The position numbers and the translations under genes were made by a program. Positions 47,064 to 56,339 of a stretch of 64,000 bases of DNA are shown here, piece after piece (within the stretch, counting starts at the first letter, position 1; each line of letters opens with the position of its first letter). Origin of the DNA: a virus (Duplodnaviria; Caudoviricetes); IMG/VR virus record IMGVR_UViG_2593339199_000002, positions 35,905-99,904 of that record, one strand, 5' to 3'. Below the pieces are notes generated by a model, which worked only from the letters and a program-made list of their open reading frames with translations, was not told the origin of the DNA and made no database searches.

Positions 47064-48314
47064 ATGTACGCAAGGGACGTGAACAGTCCATTATCCAAGT
47101 TCACCGCAAGGCTTTTGAGCACGTATTTAAAATTCCCGGATACCAAACCGGTCACGGCGATCGACGTCAAATGTGGCAACGGTGAAGCGCTGAATGAGCT
47201 GACGCGCACCGCGGCCATTCCGTTCAAATACGGCATTGAGCCGAACGATTACCTCGCGCGTGTCGCCGGCGAGAAATTCCATCGCGTTTGCAAGGCGGAT
47301 TATAAGAGCCAATCGAAGATCACGAACGATGCGTTCTCGCTGGCTATCGTCAATCCGGTCATCGACCGCCGCGTGCAAGACGAGATGCTGAGCAACTTCG
47401 ACTATTTCAAGGATCCGGACTTCGAGGCCGAAGAGCGCACACGCATCCTGGCACTGGAGGCCACGAAAGACCAGCTCGATCTGAACATGGATGACCTCTC
47501 CGAGGAGGATAAAGCCAAGCAGGAGGAAAGCGTCGAGAAGAAGATCCAGAAGGCCGTCCAGGATCGCAAGATCGCGTACCTGCGGGCGCTGCGGGAGCAG
47601 GAGAAGCGGACTGAGCTTTACCGTGACGATAAGTTCCTGCTGGCCATGATCACGCGCTATTTGGCGCCGCGCGGCATCCTCGTCTTCATCACACCGAAAG
47701 AGCTGATTGACGGTCAGATCTGCTTCAAACTGGCGAACAATTATGAGAACATCAGGATCATGCGCCAGGAGGACGATGAGTATGATGCGCAGCGCAAATG
47801 CATCATCATTGCTCGCAAGCGCGCGCGTGTCGTGCGCGACGAAGAAACAGCCGCCCAGTTGATGAAGTATAAGCGAAAGTCATACAAGGACATCCCGACG
47901 GTCGCGCCGCAGGTGGAAGCTCTTTATGAAGTGCCCACCAAAGCAGTTGAAGAGATCTTGAACTTCCGTGTCGGCCCGATTACGGGTGAGGAAGCAATGC
48001 ATCTGCTGACTCGCGCAACCGCTGTCTCCACGTATATCAAGACGTATGGTATGGCATTCGAGAACAAAATGCCCAAACCGCCGACGCAGCTGCATAAGGG
48101 GCACGTTTCCTTGCTGCTCGCAAGCGGACTCTTGAATGGCTACATCGGCACCGGCCCAAATCAGCACTTGGTTAAAGGCAGCGTCATCAAGATGAGCCAG
48201 GATCGGGAAGAAGAAGATCCGGAAACTGAAGAAACCAAGACCGTCGAGCGTGAATACTTCCATATCGGCATCAAGTATCTGGACCGCCACGGGCAGTTCC
48301 ACACACTTCTGTAG
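47064..48314 (+). CDS. DUF6094-like SAM-dependent methyltransferase-fold protein
   Basis: DVKCGNGEAL, YGIE, NPV in place of NPP, LAPRGILVFITP, HLVKG. Confidence 0.65.
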   Translation: MYARDVNSPLSKFTARLLSTYLKFPDTKPVTAIDVKCGNGEALNELTRTAAIPFKYGIEPNDYLARVAGEKFHRVCKADYKSQSKITNDAFSLAIVNPVIDRRVQDEMLSNFDYFKDPDFEAEERTRILALEATKDQLDLNMDDLSEEDKAKQEESVEKKIQKAVQDRKIAYLRALREQEKRTELYRDDKFLLAMITRYLAPRGILVFITPKELIDGQICFKLANNYENIRIMRQEDDEYDAQRKCIIIARKRARVVRDEETAAQLMKYKRKSYKDIPTVAPQVEALYEVPTKAVEEILNFRVGPITGEEAMHLLTRATAVSTYIKTYGMAFENKMPKPPTQLHKGHVSLLLASGLLNGYIGTGPNQHLVKGSVIKMSQDREEEDPETEETKTVEREYFHIGIKYLDRHGQFHTLL

Positions 48315-48516
48315 GAGGAGGGACGGACATGAAACTCTGGTTTAGCTTAAACGAATTTCGTCATTTCTTGGCCGGTGAAAAGGCCGTTGGATATACCGAG
48401 AAGAACGATGCAGCTGGCGCCATTCATCCTCAAAACGTCATGAGCGTTGAACGAGAGGTGGAGATGGGGGCGGGCCGCATCATGGCGCAGAAAAAGATCT
48501 AGGAGGGCGACACCAC

Positions 48517-51500
48517 ATGGCTGAACTGATTGCCAATGAGATATACAAGGTCGAGCTGTTCGGACGGGGCGTCAACTCGTCCGCATACTGCGACCTTATG
48601 GTCTATGATGCAGATCCGAGGAAACGGGAAGTATACCTGCTGAATGCCATCAACACCGATATTAAAATGAAAATGCTGGCCGCCGACATGGATCAAGTCA
48701 AGACTGGCAGCGTTAAACGTGCGGAAGGCAATGTCTACGACAAGCCGCATGTTCAGCTGACGATATACACGCGCAACAAAAATATGTTTGACATGCACGA
48801 GAGCAAAATTGACGACATGACAAACATGCTATTCGTAGCCAAAAGCGCGAAGCCGAATATCAAGGAGCGCCAGGAATGGCGCGCTCGCCGCGATAATGGC
48901 GAGCAGGTCGGTCTGCCGCCGGAGGAGCTTGTCCTCGCTTGGGACGGTAACCTGCGCGACCAGCTGTATCGCGTGCTCGACGATCGGTATAACACACCGA
49001 TGTTGGAGGAATGGAAGGATTATATCGTGGACATGTGCTTGGAGTATGGCTACTTCCGGCAGCTCAGAACCATGAGCTTTGGTCGCCATTATGATCTGGA
49101 GGCCGGCGTACTTCAAGTTACCGAAGAACAGCTGGAAGAAATCATCTCCGAAGGCATCAAATCCTATGAATTGAACTTTGCAATCATGGAGGACAGCACC
49201 GTCGAGCCGGTCTTAGATCAATGCGAGACGCTTGATGCGTACCTGGAGCACTTTGCCGGTGCGCTTGGCCAGCGGATTCAAGAAAACTCGACGCTGCGCT
49301 TCGATCCGCGCAATGAGGATCATCACCGTGCGCTCTATGAGTGCAACCTGCACGCGAATAAGAACGGCATCACAGGCCTGTTCCCACCGCAAGCGGATGT
49401 GGTCATGGGTGTCGCGAAAACACTGCAGGAAGAGAAATACTGCTTCATCATCGGCGAGCCGGGCTCCGGCAAGACGGTCATGGGCAGCACCTCGGCGCAT
49501 GTCGCTGAAGCCATCCAAGGGGGCAAGGATACGCCAGCCCCGTACCGTGCTCTTGTACTCTCCCCCGGCATCATGGTGGAGAAATGGATGCGTGAGATTC
49601 AGGAGCGGATCCCAGGGGCAAAGGTGTATCAGATTTCGCGCTGGACGGACGTGAAGAAGCTGGAGAAAGCGCCGTATCGTCCGAAGGAGATCGAGTATTA
49701 TGTCATGAGCTCCGATGCATCAAAGCAGACGTATCCGATGGAAGCCATCGCGGATTACCGTCTCGGCATCAATCGCGAAGTGACGCAAAATGTCGGCAAT
49801 AATGATGTGCGGGATGCACTGGAGCGCGGCGAGCACCCGCGTATTCGATTCCAGAAAGATACGGTTTATGTGAATGGCTCACCCGTGCATCGTGTCGATC
49901 TTGGCCCGACTGCGATGGTCTGCCCGCGCTGCGGCGGCCCGCTCCAGGAGTCCAAGCAGTATTATGCCGGTGAGCATTTCTTCGAGCAGAAACGTGACGG
50001 CAAGTGGGGCATGGCCATGAAGGCCGAGAACTACCACTGCAACAATGTCGTCGAAACCAAGTTCCTCCCGAAAGAGGACATCAAGGATCCGAAAGAAGAC
50101 ATGCAGAAGTGCGGATTCGTGCTCTGGCAGCCGAAACGCCTGTCTCCGGCTTCGCTGGAGCGGAAGGTATCGCCGGCGTGGTATATCAACAAGCGCCTGC
50201 GCCGCGGCTTCTTCAAGTATCTGATCGCTGACGAAGTGCATGAATACAAGTCCGGCGAGTCTGATCGCGCAACGGCGTTTGGTCAGCTGGTCAACCACAC
50301 CGAAAAGCAGATTCTGTTGACCGGTACGCTGCTTGGCGGCATGGCACGGGACATTTTCTACCTGATCGCGCGCCTTGATCCGCGGAAGCTGCAGAAGGAA
50401 AGCATCAACTTCAATGACGAGAGTGTCTTTGTCGAGCGTTATGGCGTGTTCGAGCATACGATCACCCTCCGCAACGAGCGCCGCAACCGCAAGAAGAAGC
50501 AGCAGCCAGGTGTCAGCCCGCAGGTATTCCCGCGCTTCCTCATGAGCAACTGCGCCTTCATTGAGCTGTCCGACCTCGGTTATGCGCTGCCGCCGTACCG
50601 AGAGCAGCCAATCTTCGTGGATATGGATGATGACCTGCATCAGGCCTATCACGAGCTGGAAACGGCCGTTGGCGACCGGATGCGCGAGAACGTCTTCCAC
50701 GGCGGCATGAAGCACGTCGCCACGTACATCACGAAGATGTATCAGTACGTGGATCTGCCGTTTGGCCATGGTCCGATGATGTACGACGATCGCGGCACGG
50801 AGCGTCTGCTGCATCAGCCGCGCAACCTGCCGGATGATTACACGCCGCCGAAGTACAACGCACTGCTCAGCTACCTGGATGAGCGTATCGATGAGCGGGG
50901 CAAGAAGGTGCTCTTGTATGTGCGCTTCACCGGCAGCAAGAACCGCTATGCGGCGGATACGTGGCTGTACGACAAGTTGAAGGCGGATGGCTACAATGTC
51001 GGCATCCTGCGCTCCTCGGGGCAGTATGACGGTCACAAGTTCCCGAAACAAGAGGATCGGGAAGCATGGCTCCGTCAGAAGATGGAGAAGCACAACTGGG
51101 ACGTTCTCATCTGTAATAGCCGCTTGGTGTCCGTGGGTCTCGATTTGCTCATGTTCCCGTGCATCAACTTCTATCAGATGGACTACTCGGCGTACAACTA
51201 CATGCAGGCTTCCCGCCGCTCCTGGCGGATTAAACAGACCGAGGATGTCGAGGTATCCGCGATGGTCTATCGCGAGACAATTCAATCGGATGTTCTTGAG
51301 AACATTGCCAAGAAGATCGACGCGGCTATGGCGCTGCAGGGCAAGTTTTCGGAGGAAGGCCTCCGAGCAATGGCCGACAGCGGCGACGGCATCAACGCAC
51401 TGGCGAAGAAGCTCATGAGCGAAGGCCGACTCGACGACATCAGTTCGATCGAGGATCGCTGGAAGCGAATCAATGCGTCTTACGAACAAATGCAGAACTC

Positions 51501-51756
51501 GTCTTACGAGGGCTACGACAGCTACGAGATGAATCCACTCGGCATCGAGGAGGTTCGCCGAATCTCTGCCGGCCTGGTGTCGAAGATGCGCGACGACGTG
51601 GCATCCGGCAAGATCTCGGTCGAGAAGCTTGACAGCTATCTGGCACATATCGAAGACATGTTCGTCGAATTTGCCAATGCGAAAGAAACGAACAAAGGCC
51701 TCAAGAAGGCAGATCGTATCGTAGAGGGACAAGGGATGCTGGTCTTGGAGTTCTAA
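48517..51756 (+). CDS. Large SF2 (SNF2-like) helicase of ICE/plasmid type
   Basis: GEPGSGKT, DEVHEYK, LTGTLLGG, VGLDL, QASRRSWRI. Confidence 0.88.
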   Translation: MAELIANEIYKVELFGRGVNSSAYCDLMVYDADPRKREVYLLNAINTDIKMKMLAADMDQVKTGSVKRAEGNVYDKPHVQLTIYTRNKNMFDMHESKIDDMTNMLFVAKSAKPNIKERQEWRARRDNGEQVGLPPEELVLAWDGNLRDQLYRVLDDRYNTPMLEEWKDYIVDMCLEYGYFRQLRTMSFGRHYDLEAGVLQVTEEQLEEIISEGIKSYELNFAIMEDSTVEPVLDQCETLDAYLEHFAGALGQRIQENSTLRFDPRNEDHHRALYECNLHANKNGITGLFPPQADVVMGVAKTLQEEKYCFIIGEPGSGKTVMGSTSAHVAEAIQGGKDTPAPYRALVLSPGIMVEKWMREIQERIPGAKVYQISRWTDVKKLEKAPYRPKEIEYYVMSSDASKQTYPMEAIADYRLGINREVTQNVGNNDVRDALERGEHPRIRFQKDTVYVNGSPVHRVDLGPTAMVCPRCGGPLQESKQYYAGEHFFEQKRDGKWGMAMKAENYHCNNVVETKFLPKEDIKDPKEDMQKCGFVLWQPKRLSPASLERKVSPAWYINKRLRRGFFKYLIADEVHEYKSGESDRATAFGQLVNHTEKQILLTGTLLGGMARDIFYLIARLDPRKLQKESINFNDESVFVERYGVFEHTITLRNERRNRKKKQQPGVSPQVFPRFLMSNCAFIELSDLGYALPPYREQPIFVDMDDDLHQAYHELETAVGDRMRENVFHGGMKHVATYITKMYQYVDLPFGHGPMMYDDRGTERLLHQPRNLPDDYTPPKYNALLSYLDERIDERGKKVLLYVRFTGSKNRYAADTWLYDKLKADGYNVGILRSSGQYDGHKFPKQEDREAWLRQKMEKHNWDVLICNSRLVSVGLDLLMFPCINFYQMDYSAYNYMQASRRSWRIKQTEDVEVSAMVYRETIQSDVLENIAKKIDAAMALQGKFSEEGLRAMADSGDGINALAKKLMSEGRLDDISSIEDRWKRINASYEQMQNSSYEGYDSYEMNPLGIEEVRRISAGLVSKMRDDVASGKISVEKLDSYLAHIEDMFVEFANAKETNKGLKKADRIVEGQGMLVLEF

Positions 51757-51951
51757 GACTGGCTTCCTGAAAGGGGGTGATAAGCGTGCAAGAGGAAAAC
51801 GCAAAACCTAAGCGCAAGCGCGGACCCGCCCCCGTTATTGTTCCAAAACAAGTATCCGATTGGATTAAGCAAACCAATACCTGTGGCAAGGTCAACAGCT
51901 GGAAAGTTGGCGGCGGATTGTCTCAGCACCGGTGAGAGGGGAGAGGCTATT

Positions 51952-52224
51952 ATGCATTTCGTAAGCATTATTACTGACGGTGGCATCATCAGCTCGGTTG
52001 ATCTCTATGATGGCGACGAGCTGAACCAGGCCATCGGAGATATGGAGCTTCATTTCTATGGACATAGCTTTGATGGCGAGACAGATGATGCCCGCATTTT
52101 CTTTGTGCCTGCTACAGTGCCTGCTACAGGCCAAACTGGCGTGGAGATCTACTCGTTCGATCCCAATAACCCGGCTAAAGCCCGAGCTCGTGCCATAGAG
52201 CGCTTTAGCCAGTTACGGCCTTGA
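51952..52224 (+). CDS. Hypothetical protein
   Basis: GAGG RBS. Confidence 0.55.
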   Translation: MHFVSIITDGGIISSVDLYDGDELNQAIGDMELHFYGHSFDGETDDARIFFVPATVPATGQTGVEIYSFDPNNPAKARARAIERFSQLRP

Positions 52225-52466
52225 TAATGTTCAGGAAGCTGCGTCCGCGGTTCATTCGCGCAAAAACGGTGCTGTTCTTGTGGTGGACCTGGTTCAACGG
52301 TGAGCAATGCTTCATCGCGTTTGAATGCAGTCCGCCGATCTGGTGGCTGCCGGCTTATCAGAAGGGAAGCAACATGCGTCGGGTTGGCTTCCTATGGTTC
52401 GCCATTTGGTTCGGCAAGGCGCCCGTTGCTGGCTTGTACAAAATCAAGGAGGTGCTCGATGGCTAA
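52221..52466 (+). CDS. Small Trp-rich hypothetical protein
   Basis: Overlap-coupled ORF. Confidence 0.45.
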   Translation: MIMFRKLRPRFIRAKTVLFLWWTWFNGEQCFIAFECSPPIWWLPAYQKGSNMRRVGFLWFAIWFGKAPVAGLYKIKEVLDG

Positions 52467-53346
52467 GAAGAAGCTCGATAAGGATGCGCTGTATCGGATG
52501 GAGCGTTTCACGCCAGAGCAGATGATCATCGTTCAGCGTAGCATCTATGACTACGGTCAAGCGATCGGCGGCATGCCGATGCATCATTCCGAGGTTTACG
52601 AGAAGCGGGGCTGGCTGCTGCCTTTCTTGTTCGCCTACGACGATCTGCTGCACGGCCGCTGGTCGTACTGGCAAGACATTCTGCAGAAGGGCACGATCGT
52701 CGGCAGCGGGCCGATTCCGCGGCTTGATTTCATCCAATCGGCAGACGAGCGGCTCAATCCAGCGATGAAGATGCTCAATGACTGTTTATCACAGCATTGG
52801 ACCCACGGTGCGCTGGATGATTTTGCGGATTGGCTCCTGTGGGGCTTTGCGGCTACGAATGAGCCTCCAAAGATCGATCCCCAGGTGAATGAGCATTTCT
52901 ATCGCACTTTTGATCTGTTCCTGGTTCTGGATCGCCCTTACGACTACCTGTCGATGGTGCTATCAGAGCAAACCAGCCGCGGCTACAAGTCAGGGCTCGG
53001 CTACTTCCCGACACCAATGAGCATCACAATGCTGATGGCCGAGATGACGATGGCCGGATCGGATCCAGAGAAGGCGAAGAAGCAGTCGTTCATGGAACCG
53101 TGCGTCGGCTGCGGTGCGATCATGCTGCCGATGTCGAACTATGTGCTCCGTGGCTTCGCGTCGGACATCAGCATGATTGCCGTGAAGCTGTGCAAGATTC
53201 AAATGTACTGGTACGCGCCTTGGTTCGCGTTTCATCCAGAAAGCCTGCAGGGCTTCAGCGATGAGGAAGCGATTAAGCTGGTTCCATCGTTCGGCGGCCG
53301 CGGCATCGTCGAGGGTCAGCTCGCACTCGACCTTGTGGGGGTGTGA
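52459..53346 (+). CDS. N6-adenine methylase-like protein
   Basis: GYFPTPMSI, EPCVGCGAIML, ASDIS; no NPP motif seen. Confidence 0.7.
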   Translation: MAKKKLDKDALYRMERFTPEQMIIVQRSIYDYGQAIGGMPMHHSEVYEKRGWLLPFLFAYDDLLHGRWSYWQDILQKGTIVGSGPIPRLDFIQSADERLNPAMKMLNDCLSQHWTHGALDDFADWLLWGFAATNEPPKIDPQVNEHFYRTFDLFLVLDRPYDYLSMVLSEQTSRGYKSGLGYFPTPMSITMLMAEMTMAGSDPEKAKKQSFMEPCVGCGAIMLPMSNYVLRGFASDISMIAVKLCKIQMYWYAPWFAFHPESLQGFSDEEAIKLVPSFGGRGIVEGQLALDLVGV

Positions 53347-53393
53347 CATGATCTTTATCTACTATCAAGAACGATAACAAGGAGGATTCACAC

Positions 53394-53699
53394 ATGAATG
53401 CAGTTGTACAAAAATTAATTGGCACGATGTCGGTAACCAAGGATCAGATTCTGGAGATGGTGGAGCTGCTGCCGGACGGCGAGACGCTGGTACCTTTTGC
53501 CGTGAATGGCGTCGCAAATGACGGCACACCGCTCAATCTCGTCGGTTACTTCTCCGAGGAAGCCGCGAAGCAGAATCTTACGGAAGACAAGGTAGATGCG
53601 TTCAGCGTGGCCTTGCTCCGCGAAGTCGAGAAACCGATCCCGGCCGGAGCCGTCAAGACGGTATCTATGTACGGTATCCGTATCGCTGTCAAAGGTTAG
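53394..53699 (+). CDS. Hypothetical protein
   Basis: AAGGAGG RBS. Confidence 0.7.
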   Translation: MNAVVQKLIGTMSVTKDQILEMVELLPDGETLVPFAVNGVANDGTPLNLVGYFSEEAAKQNLTEDKVDAFSVALLREVEKPIPAGAVKTVSMYGIRIAVKG

Positions 53700-53717
53700 T
53701 TCATCCGAGGGCGTACT

Positions 53718-53739
53718 CCGCCTGACGGCGGGTTTCCAT
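53718..53739 (+). promoter_or_regulatory. TGAC-loop hairpin motif copy 19
   Basis: CCGCC-TGAC-GGCGG-GT-TTCCAT. Confidence 0.8.
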
Positions 53740-53764
53740 TTAGAATAATCGAGGAGGTTCACTC

Positions 53765-55075
53765 ATGATGACCCAGGAATTGATGTCTGAAAGTGAAATG
53801 ATCAAGGCTGCAGAAACGACCGTATTCACGTCCACGCAGAAAGCGAAACTGACCGTCAAGACGGATGCGTTGAAGAAAGCACTGAGCGAAGTGGCAGGAT
53901 CTGTCGATGCGAAATCGGCAATTCCGATTTTAACCGGCGTCTTCATGCTGGCCACGAAATCGTCCATCGTGCTTAAGGGCTCGAACAGCAACTTCTACGC
54001 GGAGGCATCCATCACGGATACCGAGCAATTCATGCTGGAAGAAGGCTTTACCGCGGGCATTGTACTGCCCGGCAAGCAGTTCAATGAGATCGTGAATAAG
54101 GTGTCTGGCAAGATCATCACGTTCATCTTCGACGGCCTGAAAGTGGAGATCAAGTCCAAGGGCTCCAAGTTCCAGTTGACTGGCCAGCATCACGATCAGT
54201 ATCCGGCATTCCCGGCCGTAAGCGAGCAAAACACGTTCGAGATGCCGTCTGCAGCGCTCCTGCACATGTATCAAAAGACGGTTTACTGCGCATCGAAGGC
54301 GCAGGATCAGCCGGTCCTGACAGGCGTGAACCATGAGGTGCGCGATCAGATGTTCCGTACGATCGCAACCGACCGTCATCGTCTCAGCCGTTTGGTTTAT
54401 GAAATGAAGGTCGAAACTGGCGATTTCTCGCACACGGTGCCGGCTTCTACGCTGGTCGAGGTGATGCGCCGGCTGAAGAATACTACGATGGTAAAGGTCA
54501 GCTTCGATGAGGCCCATGTCGTTTACGAGATGGACAATGTTACGCTTTACGCGCGCGTTCTGGAGGGCAAGTATCCGGTCACCGACAAGCTCGTGCCGCC
54601 AGGCTTCAAGAGCAGCGCACAGATCCCGTCGCGCGATCTGAAGGCCATCTTCAAGCGGACGTCGCTGTATAATGATGCGTCCACCAATGGCTGCGTCGTG
54701 GTCCTTGTCTTCCGCCCGAAAGAGAACCAGCTCCGCGTCTTGACGAACAGTGATCTCGGCAAGTTCCAGGAAGACGTCAGCACGCTGAAAGGCGACGGCG
54801 ATCCGGTCGTGATGACCTGCAACTCGAAGTATATGGTGCAGCTCCTCGGCACGATTCCGGATCACGAGACGGTCCAGTTCTGTATGAATGATCCGCAGGC
54901 GCCGTTCGTGCTGCATCAAAACGGCGTGCCGGATGCGAACGTGGATCTGATTGTCCCGGTTCGCCAATCGGTGCCTGATGCGGAGATCAAGGACTTCAAT
55001 CCAGCTCCGACCGAGGAAGATCCGTTTGAGGAACGCGGAAGCGCGTATGCTGCTCAATCCGAAGAAGTAGCATAA
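53765..55075 (+). CDS. dnaN: DNA polymerase III beta sliding clamp
   Basis: IPILTGV, PVLTGV, ATDRHRL, RVLEGKYP, NSKY, LIVPVR. Confidence 0.92.
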   Translation: MMTQELMSESEMIKAAETTVFTSTQKAKLTVKTDALKKALSEVAGSVDAKSAIPILTGVFMLATKSSIVLKGSNSNFYAEASITDTEQFMLEEGFTAGIVLPGKQFNEIVNKVSGKIITFIFDGLKVEIKSKGSKFQLTGQHHDQYPAFPAVSEQNTFEMPSAALLHMYQKTVYCASKAQDQPVLTGVNHEVRDQMFRTIATDRHRLSRLVYEMKVETGDFSHTVPASTLVEVMRRLKNTTMVKVSFDEAHVVYEMDNVTLYARVLEGKYPVTDKLVPPGFKSSAQIPSRDLKAIFKRTSLYNDASTNGCVVVLVFRPKENQLRVLTNSDLGKFQEDVSTLKGDGDPVVMTCNSKYMVQLLGTIPDHETVQFCMNDPQAPFVLHQNGVPDANVDLIVPVRQSVPDAEIKDFNPAPTEEDPFEERGSAYAAQSEEVA

Positions 55076-55084
55076 TCGATCAAT

Positions 55085-55118
55085 GGGCGCTGCTGTTCAC
55101 AGCTTGCGCCCTTTTTTG
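55085..55118 (+). terminator. Intrinsic terminator
   Basis: GGGCGC...GCGCCC plus T run. Confidence 0.7.
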
Positions 55119-55140
55119 TTCCAAAATCTCGCAATTGCTA

Positions 55141-55188
55141 TTGAAATCTTATCTTTAGCTTGCTATACTGTTTTTGTAACGCATTACA
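55141..55188 (+). promoter_or_regulatory. SigA promoter with TGTAACGCATTACA palindrome near +1
   Basis: TTGAAA-N17-TATACT with extended TG; palindrome 55175-55188 (13/14). Confidence 0.75.
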
Positions 55189-55211
55189 TTATATAAAAGG
55201 GAGCGATCGTA

Positions 55212-55424
55212 ATGGCGGTTACGATGGAAGAAGTATTACGCGGGGTGCCCGCAAAACATATGATTAATGAGTTGCCGTTCCGTCTGGTAAAGGGGCAAGC
55301 AGTTGCTCTGGAGAATGGAGACTACAGCCATCAGGACGAGGTGTATATCGTTGAAGATGGCGTCGTGTCCGACATCTACAAGAACGTCGAAGGGCAGCTG
55401 GAATTTCAACTCGAAGGGATTTGA
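55212..55424 (+). CDS. Hypothetical protein
   Basis: AAGGGAG RBS. Confidence 0.6.
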   Translation: MAVTMEEVLRGVPAKHMINELPFRLVKGQAVALENGDYSHQDEVYIVEDGVVSDIYKNVEGQLEFQLEGI

Positions 55425-55430
55425 ACCCGC

Positions 55431-55664
55431 ATGAACATCGCCATCCAGCGCGCAATCTTTGCCACGAATGCCTTCGCGGACGCCTTCCCGGAGAAGCATG
55501 TGGAGCTTTGGAAACGGTTCGTCAACGAAGTTCCACCGAATAAGCGTGGCGGCGTTTATGGAGCCGAGAACAAGGCTTATATCAAATGGCTGACGGAGAT
55601 TCGCGAACCGCATTTCGTGATGTTCGCCCAGGAGCACATCGGTACGATGGAGAAGGGGCAATGA
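55431..55664 (+). CDS. Hypothetical protein
   Basis: Operonic ORF. Confidence 0.6.
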   Translation: MNIAIQRAIFATNAFADAFPEKHVELWKRFVNEVPPNKRGGVYGAENKAYIKWLTEIREPHFVMFAQEHIGTMEKGQ

Positions 55665-55903
55665 GTGCAGCAGCTGAGGATCTGAAACAGGTTTTGCCTG
55701 ATGAGATCATAAGGCGCGCGACGCGAATTGTTATGAACCAGGCGGGCGAGAAGACAGTTATCCAAGACCGTTCTGAACATGATGATCTGGCTGATGCGCC
55801 GGACAGCGTGACCATCTCGTTTACGATGCCACTTGAAACTGCCTTAAAGTATTTTGGAACGCTCAACGAAATCAAAAGATTTTCTGAGAAAGCAAGATTA
55901 TAG
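55661..55903 (+). CDS. Hypothetical protein
   Basis: ATGA coupling. Confidence 0.6.
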   Translation: MSAAAEDLKQVLPDEIIRRATRIVMNQAGEKTVIQDRSEHDDLADAPDSVTISFTMPLETALKYFGTLNEIKRFSEKARL

Positions 55904-55914
55904 GAGGGGCATGT

Positions 55915-56178
55915 ATGAACATCGGAGATAAAGTGACGTGGAAGCACCATGCAAAAGGCAAACACAAGGATCTGACCGGCAAGGTGATCGCAGAGATCGC
56001 GCCGGACGAAGATGGGTTCACTAAGCTCTTTCTGGTTGATAAGCTCTCGTTGAGCCGCATTCAATTTGAAAAAGGAGTGAAGACCTATCGTAGGTTGCTT
56101 GTGGAAGTCGAGCGCGGCGGCAAAAGCACACTCTCCGATTTCTACGCTCCGAATGCGGACTCGGTAAAGCTTGCGTAA
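55915..56178 (+). CDS. Hypothetical phage-type protein
   Basis: AGGAGG RBS; IGDKVTW. Confidence 0.65.
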   Translation: MNIGDKVTWKHHAKGKHKDLTGKVIAEIAPDEDGFTKLFLVDKLSLSRIQFEKGVKTYRRLLVEVERGGKSTLSDFYAPNADSVKLA

Positions 56179-56217
56179 GAAGGCAGCAGGATTTCGATCC
56201 TGCCTCCCAATCAGTAC

Positions 56218-56320
56218 GGGATCTGTGGCGGAATCGGTAAAGACGCAGAGCAGACTTCCGGTGAGTCCCGCAGGGTGCAAATCTCACCGTGCATGGGTGG
56301 ACGCCCCATGCCAGATCCCG
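56218..56320 (+). ncRNA. Second tRNA-like RNA, related to 36901-37066
   Basis: GGGATCTG/CAGATCCC closing stem; TGGCGGAATCGGTAAAGACGCAG D arm; shares GCAGGGTGCAAATCTC. Confidence 0.55.
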
Positions 56321-56339
56321 TTTTGATTGGGGGTTTGTT

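Noticed and set aside
49879-51804. Long minus-strand ORFs (641 aa here; also 34819-36435, 25976-27232, 53930-55057, 24188-25066)
   Set aside because: Antisense shadows of recognisable plus-strand genes, explained by codon bias; no RBS or domain motifs
564-53739. Hairpin repeats as a CRISPR array, REP elements, terminators or RacA ram sites
   Set aside because: Spacing is irregular and gene-sized with no cas genes; the repeats are single-orientation with variable stems; there is no consistent U tract; ram sites are symmetric 14-mers, whereas this motif is polar
25745-55075. Ordinary chromosomal housekeeping region
   Set aside because: recA, pcrA, dnaG and dnaN lack their usual neighbours (cinA/rny, ligA, sigA, dnaA/recF) and are interspersed with orphan genes
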